DNA from: Octopus sinensis
Lineage: Eukaryota
Assembly (NCBI RefSeq): GCF_006345805.1
Contig: NC_043002.1
Location: forward strand, 16,120,001-16,184,000
Length of the DNA stretch: 64,000 nucleotides
Direction of reading: 5' to 3'
Of the stretch, positions 40,121-52,160 are shown piece by piece. The first letter of the stretch is position 1, and every line of letters starts with the position of its first letter. Both the position numbers and the translations under genes were made by a program. The notes below the pieces were generated by a model, which had not been told where the DNA came from, searched no databases, and saw only the letters and a list, made by a program, of their open reading frames with translations.

Positions 40121-41570
40121 GAGTAGGGTGGTCACTCTCGCCCGGCAAAGGGCCGAGAGTAAACTGTCCCTAAAAGGTCGGCCGGAGGTGGCGAACACGT
40201 ACATCGCGTCCGTCATCTACTACCCCCTGACCGTCGTACCTTGTCCCGACCCTATCATCACCAAACTAGAACGCATTCTCTTCCGCTTCTCGTGGAAGGG
40301 ATGCGTCCCGATGGCCAGGCGATCCATTTGCTGTCAACACCCGTTAAAAGGAGGGCTGGGCATGCCGTGGATGATGATGCGCAGACACGCGCTGAGACTG
40401 CGACGTGTCCAGCTCTATGTAGACGACGGTGAACAGGTGTGGTCGCCGTTTGTGAGGCACGCGTTCCCGCAGCTCGTCTCCATGACCGAACTGCAGTCGT
40501 GGATCAAAAAGAGGCCGAGGAAGGGCGAATGGCACCGCGAGTGTCGCGTTGCTCTCAAGCAACTCTGCCGTCCCGGGTCGACCTTGAGTGACTTCAACAC
40601 AACCAAAGCATTCTATAGGGGATTAGTGGAGGGGAGGTACGCGGACGATCTTGGGGCAAACCTGGGCGTCGACGAGGAATACCTGACCCGCCTGTTTGAA
40701 ACGACTTTCGGGCCGGGACCTATGGACAACTTTCAGAGATCCCTGGCCTGGCGGTGCTACCGAGAAGCGCTACTCGTTCGGAATAAGCTCTATAGGCATG
40801 GCTCGAGAAACACGGGGCCGACCTGCCCGAGATGCGGTCAGGGCGACGAAACCGCTCTGCACGCAATCGTGCAGTTTCCAACAATTTCCGACCTGTGGGC
40901 TTATGTCGAACGACTGCTATCACGTGTGGGACGTGTCGGTTTATCAGCCGAGTCTATCGTTAATATCGTCACGCCTCCTTCCTTCAAACGGAAAGGAAGA
41001 GCTATTTTCATCATCCTTGTGGCTGTGGTGAAAGAATGTATCTGGTGGACGCGTCTGAAAGGATTAGAGACAAACACTTTCCTCTCTGGTCAATCTCTCA
41101 TCAACGTCTTCAAGTATCACTTGAAGAGGAAAGTGAGAGTAGAGAGGCAAGTTTTGTCTAGTGAATGTTTTAAAAACAGATGGGTGAATGTAGCAAGGAT
41201 GGCACGTATGAATGACGAAGCCACATTGACTATGATTATATGAACCGTAAAAATTAATACAGAAAGTTGCTTATTTGCAACAAAAAAAATGAAATATAAC
41301 ATGTGACTTCATTGACCGAGGTTACCGTGGTCTTTTCCGTAGGTTTTTCTTTCCACGGGTAAACCTCAACCTTTACACTTCATATTGACATTTCTGTGAT
41401 AACGATCCCTATTGATCATTTTTTCCTCCCCCCCTTTTTATGTCCTCTTTCTTTCCCTTTACGATCCCTTTTGATCGAAAACCAAACCCCCTTTTTTACC
41501 CCCAAAAGTAAAGCTCTACCTCGTAATTTGTCCTGTCTGCGTGCAGCCCTCTGTGGCTAATAAAGAAACA
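40121..41570 (+). mobile_element. 5'-truncated L1/Tx1-clade LINE, stop-free 371-codon ORF2 remnant, 3' UTR and polyA signal
   Basis: Encodes GRPEVANTYIASVIYYPL, LFRFSWKG, KGGLGMP, the zinc-finger-like CPRCGQGDETALHAIV and WAYVERLL. AATAAA lies near the 3' end. The candidate TSD tatctaac is at 40113-40120 and 41571-41578. Confidence 0.85.
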
Positions 41571-41584
41571 TATCTAACTGTATA

Positions 41585-41638
<54 letters not shown>

Positions 41639-41673
41639 TTATTTATTTATTTATTCATATATACACCCACATA

Positions 41674-41815
41674 GATGCAGTACTAGCTTTGTGGTAAGTA
41701 GCTTGCTTACAAATCACATGGCTCCGGGTTCAGTTACAGTACGTGGCATCTTGGGCAAGTGTCTTCTAAAGCCTGCTGAGTGGATTTGGTAGTGGGAAAC
41801 TGAAAGAATCCCATC

Positions 41816-41857
<42 letters not shown>

Positions 41858-42065
41858 GTAAGTGTTTGGGTGTAAGTTTCTGTGTCTGGGTTTGTCCCAC
41901 CAGCATCACTTGACAATCGGTGCTAGTGTATTTACGTCCCTGTAAACTATAGTGACCTATAGAAAGTGTACTTGGCTTACAAAGAATAAGTCCTGGATTT
42001 GCTTGACTAAAGGTAGTGCTCCAGTATGGCCGCATTCTAATGACTGAAACAAGTAAAGGACTAAA
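41674..42065 (+). mobile_element. SINE family 1, full length with internal deletions
   Basis: Head, ggcatcttgggcaagtgtcttct, internal (TA)n and tail. Confidence 0.85.
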
Positions 42066-42084
42066 AGAAGGAAAGAATATTTAT

Positions 42085-42314
42085 ACGTGCATACACATAT
42101 ATGCATATATATATACACACATATATATATATATATATACACATACATATATACATGTATATATATACATATATATATGAATAATGCATACATGTATATT
42201 TATGTTTATATATATACATATATGTCTGTGTGTATGTATATATACTTATATATATATATATATATAATATATATATATTATATTATATATATAATATATA
42301 TATTATATATATAC

Positions 42315-42400
<86 letters not shown>

Positions 42401-42410
42401 TACATATATA
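42085..42410. repeat. Compound (TA)n microsatellite
   Basis: Read directly. Confidence 0.95.
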
Positions 42411-43110
42411 GTTATGCGTACGTGCGTGTGTGTGTTAGTGTTCCTGTCTGCCTGTCTGTCTCTTTTTAGCCATCTATATTTTTTCTGTCTCACTACATTT
42501 TTCCATCACATTTTTTTTCTATCTCTCTCGATCCACCTCATATTTTTTTCGCTTTTCTTTCTTACGTTACTACACATATATTCAAAAACACAAAATAATA
42601 CCTTTTTACAGATGTGGAGTATTTACAAAAGAAATGGTATTTAAAATCGCTATTCTTAAAGATAAGCGGGTTTATCAAAGATCACTGAATAGTTTTATTA
42701 CCGTTGCTTTTCACAAAGAGATAGGTAAAAGAAAAGACAAAGAGAACTGTGCAAGAATGGAATTGAAAATGAAAATAGATGGAAAGAGAAAGGAATAGAT
42801 GCATATCGTCTTTGAAATCTTATATATTTTAGATAAGTAACCAAAAATAATATAATAATGGTTCATTGCTTTGTCAATAATTTTTTTGCCATCTAAACAT
42901 CAAGTACAAAAGTACTAGAAGTAATGATCATCATAACAAGAAAAAACATACAGATTTCAATGACGACGACGACGGAGGTACAATGTGCTATAGTATAATA
43001 CTAATATGTTTTCAATGATGATGCAGGCGACCATGATGATGATAAAGGGGATAATGTTGAAGGAGGGGACGTAGAGGATAATAATCATGAGTAAGTTACA
43101 GCAGCTCTAA

Positions 43111-43174
<64 letters not shown>

Positions 43175-43185
43175 TTATTATTATT

Positions 43186-46100
43186 CAGTAGTTTTACTTT
43201 TATAGCGTGCTTTCACTTCACTACCGAGCGCAGCTCTGTGTGCCTTGGGTATGTGCTGTGATTTGTTGTGATGCTCTGATGGTTATTGTATGGAAAGTGT
43301 TCTGCGTAGGATGTGTGCAGTGCCTAGTAGTGCAATTTTCTGTATGTTATATGTGTTTGTAAGTCCTGGTGTTTTTGTTATGTATGTCTGAATATTTTTT
43401 TATCATGCCTAATGCACCTACTATGATAGGAATTGTTTCTGTTTTCAGGTTCCACATTCTAGTTACCTCTATTTCCAGGTCTTTGTATTTTGAGAGTTTC
43501 TCCATTTCTTTTAGAGACACGTTGTCATCTGCCGTATTGATACATCAATTAGAAAGCATTTTTTTCTTCATGATCTCTGACAACTATATCAGGTCTGTTG
43601 GCCTTAATTTCTCTATCTGTGTGTATCGGCATATCCCAGAGTATGGTTGCTTTCTCGTTTTCTGTGACCTTTTCTGGTGTGTGCCTATACCATCTTTTTT
43701 CTGTTGTTATTCCATAATGTTGGCATAGCTTCAATGTATGTAGGTTCCAACTCTGTCATGTCTGTGAATATATTATTTCTTAGCCAGGACTGGGCAGCTA
43801 GAGATAATATGATTTATTGTTTCTTGTCCATCTCCACATATTCTGCAGTTACTTGTAATATTTCTTTTCATTACATGTTTTTGGTATTTCTGGTGGGGAG
43901 GCTTTGGTCTTGTGCTGCAATTAAAAATCCCTCTGTTTCTGCTTTGAGTCCTGAGCTTCTCAACCATTGCTGGGATTTTTCTTTGTCTATTTCTTTTGCG
44001 TTTAGTTTAGTGCAGTATTTACCATGAAGGGGCATTTGTTGCCATCGTTTTTTCATGGTTCGTTGCTGTTCTATTTTCAGTTTGGATTTCATTTGTTTTA
44101 TAGCTTTTGTTGTTTCTTCATCATCTTCTTCTTCTTATTTTTTTGTTTATTAGGTGGTATGATTTCTTGTTTGTATTTGTCAGCTTCCTTAAATACTGAG
44201 AACAGTTTTTTGTTTTGCTCGTGTTTTGCTGCTATCTGGATCAGTTTTCCTTCCTTCTGAAGTAGATATTTTTGCAGTCCTATGGTGGTTATTTTATAGT
44301 AGTTTTCCAGCTGTATAAGGCCTCTACCACCTTCTATACGTTCTATATAGAGTTTTTCTAAGTCAGATTTTGGGTGATGCATCCTAGATCCTGTCAATAT
44401 TTTTCTTGTTTTCCTATCTATTTTGGACAGTTCATTTCGTGTCCAGTTAAGGATATTGTAGCTGTAACTTATAACTGGGACAGCTAAAGTGTTCATACCT
44501 ATTATCTTGTTTTTAGCATTGAGCTCTGTTTTTAGTATTGATCTAACCGTCTATAATATTCTTTTTTTATTTTCTCTTTCATTTGTGTGGTTATGTCTTA
44601 TCTAGTTCATGGATTCCTAAGTATTTGTAAGTTTGGCTTTGGTCTAATTCTTTTATTTCATTGGTTTTACTAGTGTGATGTTGTTACTCTTAACTAGTTT
44701 TCGTCTTTTCATGGTTACTTTGGCGCATGTTTCTAATCCAATTTCATATCTATTTCTTTGGTAAATCCATGAACTGTCTTTAATAGTGTTTCCAGCTGTT
44801 TGTCATTTGCAGCGTATAGCTTTAGGTCATCCATATATAAAAGGTGGCTGATCGTTTTGCCGTAACATTTATATCCGCATCCAGTTCTATTTAGCATATC
44901 AGATAGAGGTGACAGTGCCAAGCAGAAAAGGAGTGGAGAGAGCGTGTCTCTCTGGAATATTGCTCTCCTAATCGGGATGTCTTTGGTTTTCATGAGTCCC
45001 TCTTTTGTTTGGAGGTGTAGGACTGTTTGCCATTTATTCATAGAGTGCTCTATGAATTTTATGATTGTGGTGCTACTTTGTTAATGGCTAGTCTTTCAGG
45101 ATCCATGTGTGGGGGATGCTATCAAACGCCTTTTTGTAGTCAATCCAGGCCATACTGAGGCCTTTCTTCTTTCTGTGGCTGTCTTCAGTTACGGCTTTAT
45201 TAATCATTAGTTGATCTTTACAGCCATATGAGCCTTTGCGGCATCCTTTCTGCTCTTCTGGGAACAGTTTGTTTTCGTCCAGGTGCTTGTTCAGCCTTTG
45301 CGATATCACTGCAGTAAATGCCTTGAACATAGTAGGGAGGCAGGTTATTGGTCTGTAGTTTTCTGGTTTTGCTGTTTCATTTGATTTGGGAATTGAGATG
45401 GTTTTCCCCTTCGTGAGCCATTCAGGCATTGTCTCTGGCTCTGCCATTATGCTGTTAAAGTTTTCAGCCAGCTTTTTGTGCATTCCTGTTAGAGGTTGGG
45501 GATCTTGTCATGCCCAGGTGCCTTCCAGTTGCTTAGTTTGTACAGTGCCTGGGTGACCTCTTCAGTTGTTATGGGGGTCCAAAGTTGTTCAGATGCCGAG
45601 TTTTGTTATTTTGATACTCCTTTTTTTTGGCTGTTCGTTCGCCGACCATATTTCTCTCCAGAATTCTTCCAATTCTTCTGCCGTTGGTGCTGCAGTGACT
45701 TCTATTTTATTTTTCCCAGTTCTTGGCAGAAGTTTTTGGGGTTGGAGTTGAACTTTTTGTTCTGTTCAAAGAAGCGTTGGCGTTTCGTCGTACCGGCGGA
45801 TCCTTTGAGCTTGGCAAGGATATCTTCTTCAGCTTTTCTTTTATCTCCGGCAAATCTTTTTCTGTGATGTTATATTTGCGGAGCATTTTTGTTCTCTTTT
45901 TGTTGCTCAGTAGCGTTGATTGTTTGCTGATTTCATTAAGAATCGACAGGTCTTTTCTAATTTTTTTTATTTTGTTTTGGATGTTATTTATCCACGGGGT
46001 TTGTTTGGGTGGTGGTACTCCTGTTTGGGCGGGTTTGGGTGAGTATCCAGCTTCTTTTGTGACTGCAGTAGCTGTTGCGTATATCAAGTCAATTAGTTCA

Positions 46101-46241
46101 GTGATATCACTTTTTTTTGTTTCAGTGGCTAGTTCAGTGACGGCTAGGTTTATGCTGTTTATTATTGGTTTTGTTTATTTTTATTCTTGGGAGGTATGGT
46201 CGGTGGTCCATTTGGGGCTCTGTGGGCTCTGTGGTTTTCAG
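43186..46241 (-). mobile_element. R4/Dong-clade LINE subfamily 1, ~3 kb with RT, CCHC finger and RLE, frameshifted
   Basis: Encodes NYRPITCLPTMFK, IDYKKAFDSIPH, FQRDTLSPLLFCL, HLLYMDDLKLY, CRICGDGQETINHIISSC, ANRPDIVV and ALLGTAHILRRTL. It is flanked on both sides by (TAA)n, the known target type of Dong. Confidence 0.92.
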
Positions 46242-46265
46242 TTATTATTATTATTATTATTACTA

Positions 46266-46349
<84 letters not shown>

Positions 46350-46371
46350 CATTATTATTATTATTATTATT

Positions 46372-46471
46372 CAGTAGTATATTTTTTATATCTTGCTTTC
46401 ACTTCACTACCGAGCACAGCTCTGTGTGCCTTGGGTATGTGCTGTGATTGTGTGATGCTCTGATGGTTATT
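46372..46471 (-). mobile_element. R4/Dong subfamily 1, 100-bp 3' end
   Basis: Matches 43186-43290 and sits within (ATT)n. Confidence 0.85.
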
Positions 46472-46734
46472 TTAATGATATTACTACTACTAATAATAAT
46501 AATAATAAAAATAATAATTATAATAATATAATAATAATAATAATAATAATAAATAATAATCATGATAATAATAACAATAATAATGATGATGATGATGATA
46601 ACAGCTATACTAATAACAATCATCATTATTATCATTGTTATTATTATCATTATTATTATTAGTAGTAGTAGTAGCAGTAGTAGCAGTAGTAGCAGTAGTA
46701 GTAGTAGTATAGTAGTAGTAGTAGTAGTAGTAGC

Positions 46735-46774
<40 letters not shown>

Positions 46775-46921
46775 ATATTATTATTATTATTGATGGTTCT
46801 GTTGTTATTATTACCGTATCATCATCATTATTGTTAACATTACTATTGCTACATTTTTATTATTGTTAATATCTTAACATAAGTTGTACTACTACTAATA
46901 ATAATAATAAAAATAATAATG

Positions 46922-46958
<37 letters not shown>

Positions 46959-46976
46959 TAATAATAATAATAATAA

Positions 46977-47250
46977 CCAGAATGTGGAAATAAAAACAGA
47001 AACAATTCCTATCGTAGTAGGTGCATTAGGGCATGAAAAAAATTCCAGACAAATACATAACAAAAACACCAGGACTTACAACACATATAACATACAGAAA
47101 ATTTCACTACTAGGCACTGCACACATCCTACGCAGAACACTTTCATACAATAACCATCAGAGCATCACAACGAATCACAGCACATACCCAAGGGACACAG
47201 AGCTGCGCTCGGTAGTGAAGTGAAAACACGCTATAAAAATAAAACTACTG
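46977..47250 (+). mobile_element. R4/Dong subfamily 1, 3' end
   Basis: Encodes KTETIPIVVGALG..SLLGTAHILRRTL. The 3' UTR is identical in type to 43186, with (AAT)n on both sides. Confidence 0.9.
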
Positions 47251-47251
47251 A

Positions 47252-47320
<69 letters not shown>

Positions 47321-47321
<1 letters not shown>

Positions 47322-47806
47322 GACCACAAACCTGAAGGTATCTTCGAAAATTGAAATGCAAAGAGCCTATGCGATTTTATGATACAGTGCGACCATGAGA
47401 TTGAGAATAGGAAGCCGGACATAGTCTTAATTGAGAAAGAAACAAACTATGCTGGATCATAGATATAACATGCCCAGCCGACAACAAGGTATACGATTAG
47501 GAAGAAAGACAAGTTGAGAGATATGACAGGTTAGCTTGTGAAGTTAAGCAGTTGTGGTCGATGAAAAAGTTAGCAGTAGTACCAAATAACTGTCGGATCC
47601 CTGGGAACAGTCAGCAAATATCTCGAGAAATAAGTGGTACAAATAGGGGCTGCAATAAGGGTGGAGCTCTTGGAGAAAACAGCACTGCTTGAAACCGCTC
47701 GAATACTCCTGAAGGTGTTCGAAAAATAAGAGGTGTTACCTTACTACACTTGTAGAGAACGGCTGATACTGTAGTACATCTCAAGCGTTAGAAGCTGTGC
47801 AAAGTA
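47321..47806 (+). mobile_element. R4/Dong subfamily 2, 3' end (RLE domain)
   Basis: Encodes NRKPDIVLIEK..WIIDITCPAD..KTALLETARIL, with (AAT)n on both sides. Confidence 0.85.
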
Positions 47807-47814
47807 GATGATAA

Positions 47815-48108
<294 letters not shown>

Positions 48109-48249
48109 TTCACTACCACGAGACAAGCTTGGACGCATCAGAGAATATAAAAAAGAAACTTCGTGGATTATTCTGAGTGATTCGCAATCTCATTTTCTCT
48201 TCTGTCATTTCCTCATTGCGGTTACAAAATATTTAAGATCAGCTGACAC

Positions 48250-48400
48250 TTGTTCTTCATGGATCCTCTGAAGTTATATGCAAAACTAGGCATTTACCCA
48301 AACAAGCTTGGGAAGGAGGTGTAGATATGAGAAGAACCCATCAGTGGCTGGAGAGCGCTTGTTTGAAAGGCGAAACAATTATTTGTCCTAGCGGTAAAAT
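48250..48400 (+). pseudogene. Heavily deleted R4/Dong relic
   Basis: HLFFMDPLKLYAK (RT motif) lies abnormally close to THQWLESACLKGET. Confidence 0.5.
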
Positions 48401-49899
48401 ATCAATCTCCTCTCTCGGAAATATCATGCTAATATAACGAACAATGAGGCAGATATAAAGCGTTCCCTTTCTACCAGTTCTGGCTTAGAAGATTGCACAA
48501 TTCTAATACTGAGGTCGCCTCTTCCTTAACATACTACACAGCCTCTATCAACCATCATATATTTTTTTTGTAGTGCATGTTATCCACCCATATTATTGTC
48601 ACTTACCGTCAGTGGCATCCAAATTCAGTCCTCATTTCAAGAATGCCTTTCGAGTGAAATTTTCACGTGAGGCCGACACAAAGGGAGAATTTCATAGAGC
48701 GTGAACCAAGTGAAGACTTGTATTTATTTATGCATTTTTACCACATATAACGATTTGAAAGGCAACTATATTCACCCGTTTTTGCTTCCCGCAAGCTACA
48801 TTTATCGACTTCAATAATCCTGATACACTTACTGGGTTTTTACAGTAGGTTTGCTCTTATATCAGTCTCTGTTCCAGATACTTTCGGTGTTAACAGAGAC
48901 GGCGTCTCAAATAGACATTTTGTCTATCACTACGGCTATTACCTTGCAATTCGGTGAGATGTAACTGTGGCATTTGCCACTAAAGACCATGAAATTGACT
49001 CCGATCTGATATACATTTTCGTGTGGATTCTTGGAATTGCATCATTGCTGTTTTTTATGATATTGGTGATTGTTCTGGTTATGCTGGATTTAGTTGTTGT
49101 GTAGCTGTCACTCAGCTACATTTCCTTTGCTGCTTCTGCCGCTGCGTTTGTTTCTGTTGCCGTGTTCATACAAATTAAGGCACGTACAGTGACTGAATGG
49201 GACATGAATGACAGTCAATCCGTGATAAGATTCTCGCCTGCTTTGGTAAAATATTATCCGAATGAAAACTCTGAAGTGTTATTTTTATCCTCTAATTGGC
49301 GAGAGAACATTTAATTAACATAATGGGATGCTGTTTAGCTTAAATACAAACTGAATGAACAATGTTATAAATGACACACCTTCGATAGGTAAAGAAAGAA
49401 TGCTACAGGCTGTGCTTGTATGTGTTTCGCAAATATAGACAACAACAACATTATTGTTATTGTTATTATTATTATTATTATTGTTGTTGTTCTTATTGAT
49501 GTTGTTGTTGTTATTATTTCCCCTTGCAACCAAGATGCCACATATACTTACATTAGATTGAACAAAGATATAGTCGTTGATTGTTTGCGGCAATAGACAC
49601 AGCGAATTAATATACAAAAGTGTAGATGGTGGAGAAAATTAAGAAATCAACACATTAGAAAATCGATATAAGTTAATGAAAACCTAATGAAAACATCATT
49701 ATATGAAAACACACAATGATTATAATCAGATATTCGAGTGTCTGAAACATGACTTGGTAACCCACTTACTGTAAAAAAATATGTTTATTAAGTGTAGCCA
49801 TATTGTTGGTCCTCTCTCACACGCCTGGGCTGTCTACAAAAATAAGTCAATGAACAAAATTTATATGGAAATGACCAAGCACCATATCATGCATATCAG

Positions 49900-49964
49900 G
49901 TAATTGAGGATTGGCTAAATACTTCAAGCCAGAAGTTTGTAGTATTTAGGCAATCCTCAGTTAC
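49900..49964. other. 65-nt hairpin (24-bp stem, 17-nt loop), pre-miRNA-like
   Basis: gtaattgaggattggctaaatact pairs with agtatttaggcaatcctcagttac, with one G.U pair and one mismatch. Confidence 0.5.
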
Positions 49965-51399
49965 GAATATCATTTTCATTCGTTGGAGTGTTTCACAGAA
50001 TTATACCCCATTTCTGCCCAAGTCAGTTACTTAATCTGACCTTTCTGTTATTTCAGGTTTTCTGTCACTCAATGTCTCCGTTTTATTTTGCTCTGAGAAT
50101 TATAAATTTAGAGTACCCCGTTATCATTCTTACAGATCTTCCTGCTTACACTTAGAGTTTATACCTCTCAGGGTTTCTTGTTTCTAGTTTTCCCCAGCCA
50201 TTTCACCTCAGTTTTCTATTTGTTCTCTATTATTTCAAGCAAGATGTGGTGTTACTGATTGCATGGTCGATAAATGTGACTGATGTCCCTATACTTATCC
50301 CTTAGGATCAGTCAGTCTTAAGATGACTTTACGGATACTCCTTAAACTGCTTGTTTCAGTTATGGGTATGAAGATTGGTTGAAGAGAAGATCGATATGAA
50401 ATTTCATGGACAACTCCACAGGCACAGATGGACTTCCTTTTCTAGAGATTAAAGTAGCAACGGAATACCAACAGATGAATATTTGCAATTAGTTTGTACC
50501 TATTTCTTCCTTCATTATCACGTATAGAACATGATTTATTAGTGACATTAATTAGTAAATTCCCATAAGTTTTCATATATGTTTATGTATTATATCTTCT
50601 GTCAACTCATCTTTATTTTCTATCGGAAAACCTTGTATTTTACTGTATAATTATGTTGCTCAGCCATTATTACTGCTTTTATTCTCTAAGTTGTTGCCTC
50701 TTCTGAATTTGTTTGCATTAGTATTGTTAATTGATTTATTGCTTGTATGTTGAGGCTCATCATTATATTGTTATTTTCTTACTGCTCTTTATATTGTTCT
50801 GTTGATGTACCGTGGTTGTAGTAGTTTGAGGCATGTTTACGCGTTATGTCGGCCATTGTTTTGTTTTAGAAAGCAGTCAGCATTGCTCATTGTTTCCCTC
50901 CGTGTTCTCATGACCTCGGTTTATCATGATCCAAAATCTTTCCCTCCATCCTCGTCATATGGTTAGAAGCCGGGAGTTTAGTAGAAGACGACGAACAAGT
51001 GAAGCGAAAGACTAGTTAATGTTTCATTGGTTGAAGTCGTCTAAACACTGGTTTAAAATTTCTCTTATTTCCTTTTCAGCCGATATATAACGTTTCATTT
51101 CCATTTCTAGAAACTTTTCTGATCGATATACAATCTAATTAATATAGCTAGATTTCTCTGCGATCCAGATTTGTATCCAATACGTTATTATGTAAAAGAA
51201 AAAAAGAAGGGAAAAAGACTCATTGATGTGTAATACCTTGCAATAGGAAACGTCTGATTGCCATATTTCTTCAAGAATATATAATAAATCTATACGGTTA
51301 TTCCTTCATAGTTTTTCTTTTGTTAGACTTTGCTTTACCGTAATCAATACAAAATTCTTTATATATCATTCCACTTTTACTGGTGAATCAAATATTTCC

Positions 51400-51579
51400 T
51401 CGCATTGTTATAATAATAATAATAATAATAATAACAACAACCAGAAAAATAATGATTTTTATTATTATTATCATAATCATCAATATCATCTTTACCATCA
51501 TCTTTATCATCATCATCATCATCATCATCTTCATCATCATCATCATCATCATCATTATCATTATCATTATTATTATTAA

Positions 51580-51646
<67 letters not shown>

Positions 51647-51705
51647 TTATTATTATTATTATTAATATTATTATTATTGTTATTTTATTATTATTATTAT
51701 TATTA

Positions 51706-51757
<52 letters not shown>

Positions 51758-51759
51758 TA

Positions 51760-51824
<65 letters not shown>

Positions 51825-51852
51825 TTATTATTTTTAATAATATTATTATTAT
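51400..51852. repeat. (AAT)/(ATC)/(ATT)n microsatellite complex
   Basis: Read directly. Confidence 0.95.
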
Positions 51853-52160
51853 TGCCTTTGTACAGCATCTAACACTGGTGATGCAATACGGTGTCAGCTG
51901 TCCCCTACCAGTGAACTTATTTTTCGAGCACTATCCGGAGTATTGAAACTGTTCCAAGCAGTGCTTTTTTCTGCAAATGCTCTACACACATTGCAGCAGC
52001 TATTTGTTCCATGTACTTCTCAAGATTTTTACTCTATGTCCCCAGAGCTCCAACAAGTATTGCTACTACTGCTACCATTTACATCGACCACAATACTTAA
52101 CTTCCCAAGCAAACCAGTCATATCTCTCGACTTTACTTTCTTCCTTATCGCATACCTTTT
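51853..52160 (-). mobile_element. R4/Dong subfamily 2, 3' end fused to subfamily 1 body
   Basis: The reverse complement is homologous to about 47490-47806 and encodes ILVGALG..KKALLGTVSILRIVLEK. Confidence 0.85.

Noticed and set aside
45723-46463. 246-aa plus-strand ORF (and the 239-aa ORF at 54073-54792)
   Set aside because: These are antisense shadows of the A-rich R4/Dong ORF that run into ATT repeats; the open frame is compositional.
48950-49320. Hydrophobic, transmembrane-like plus-strand frame
   Set aside because: It is interrupted by a stop codon, is T/G-biased low-complexity sequence and lacks convincing splice sites.
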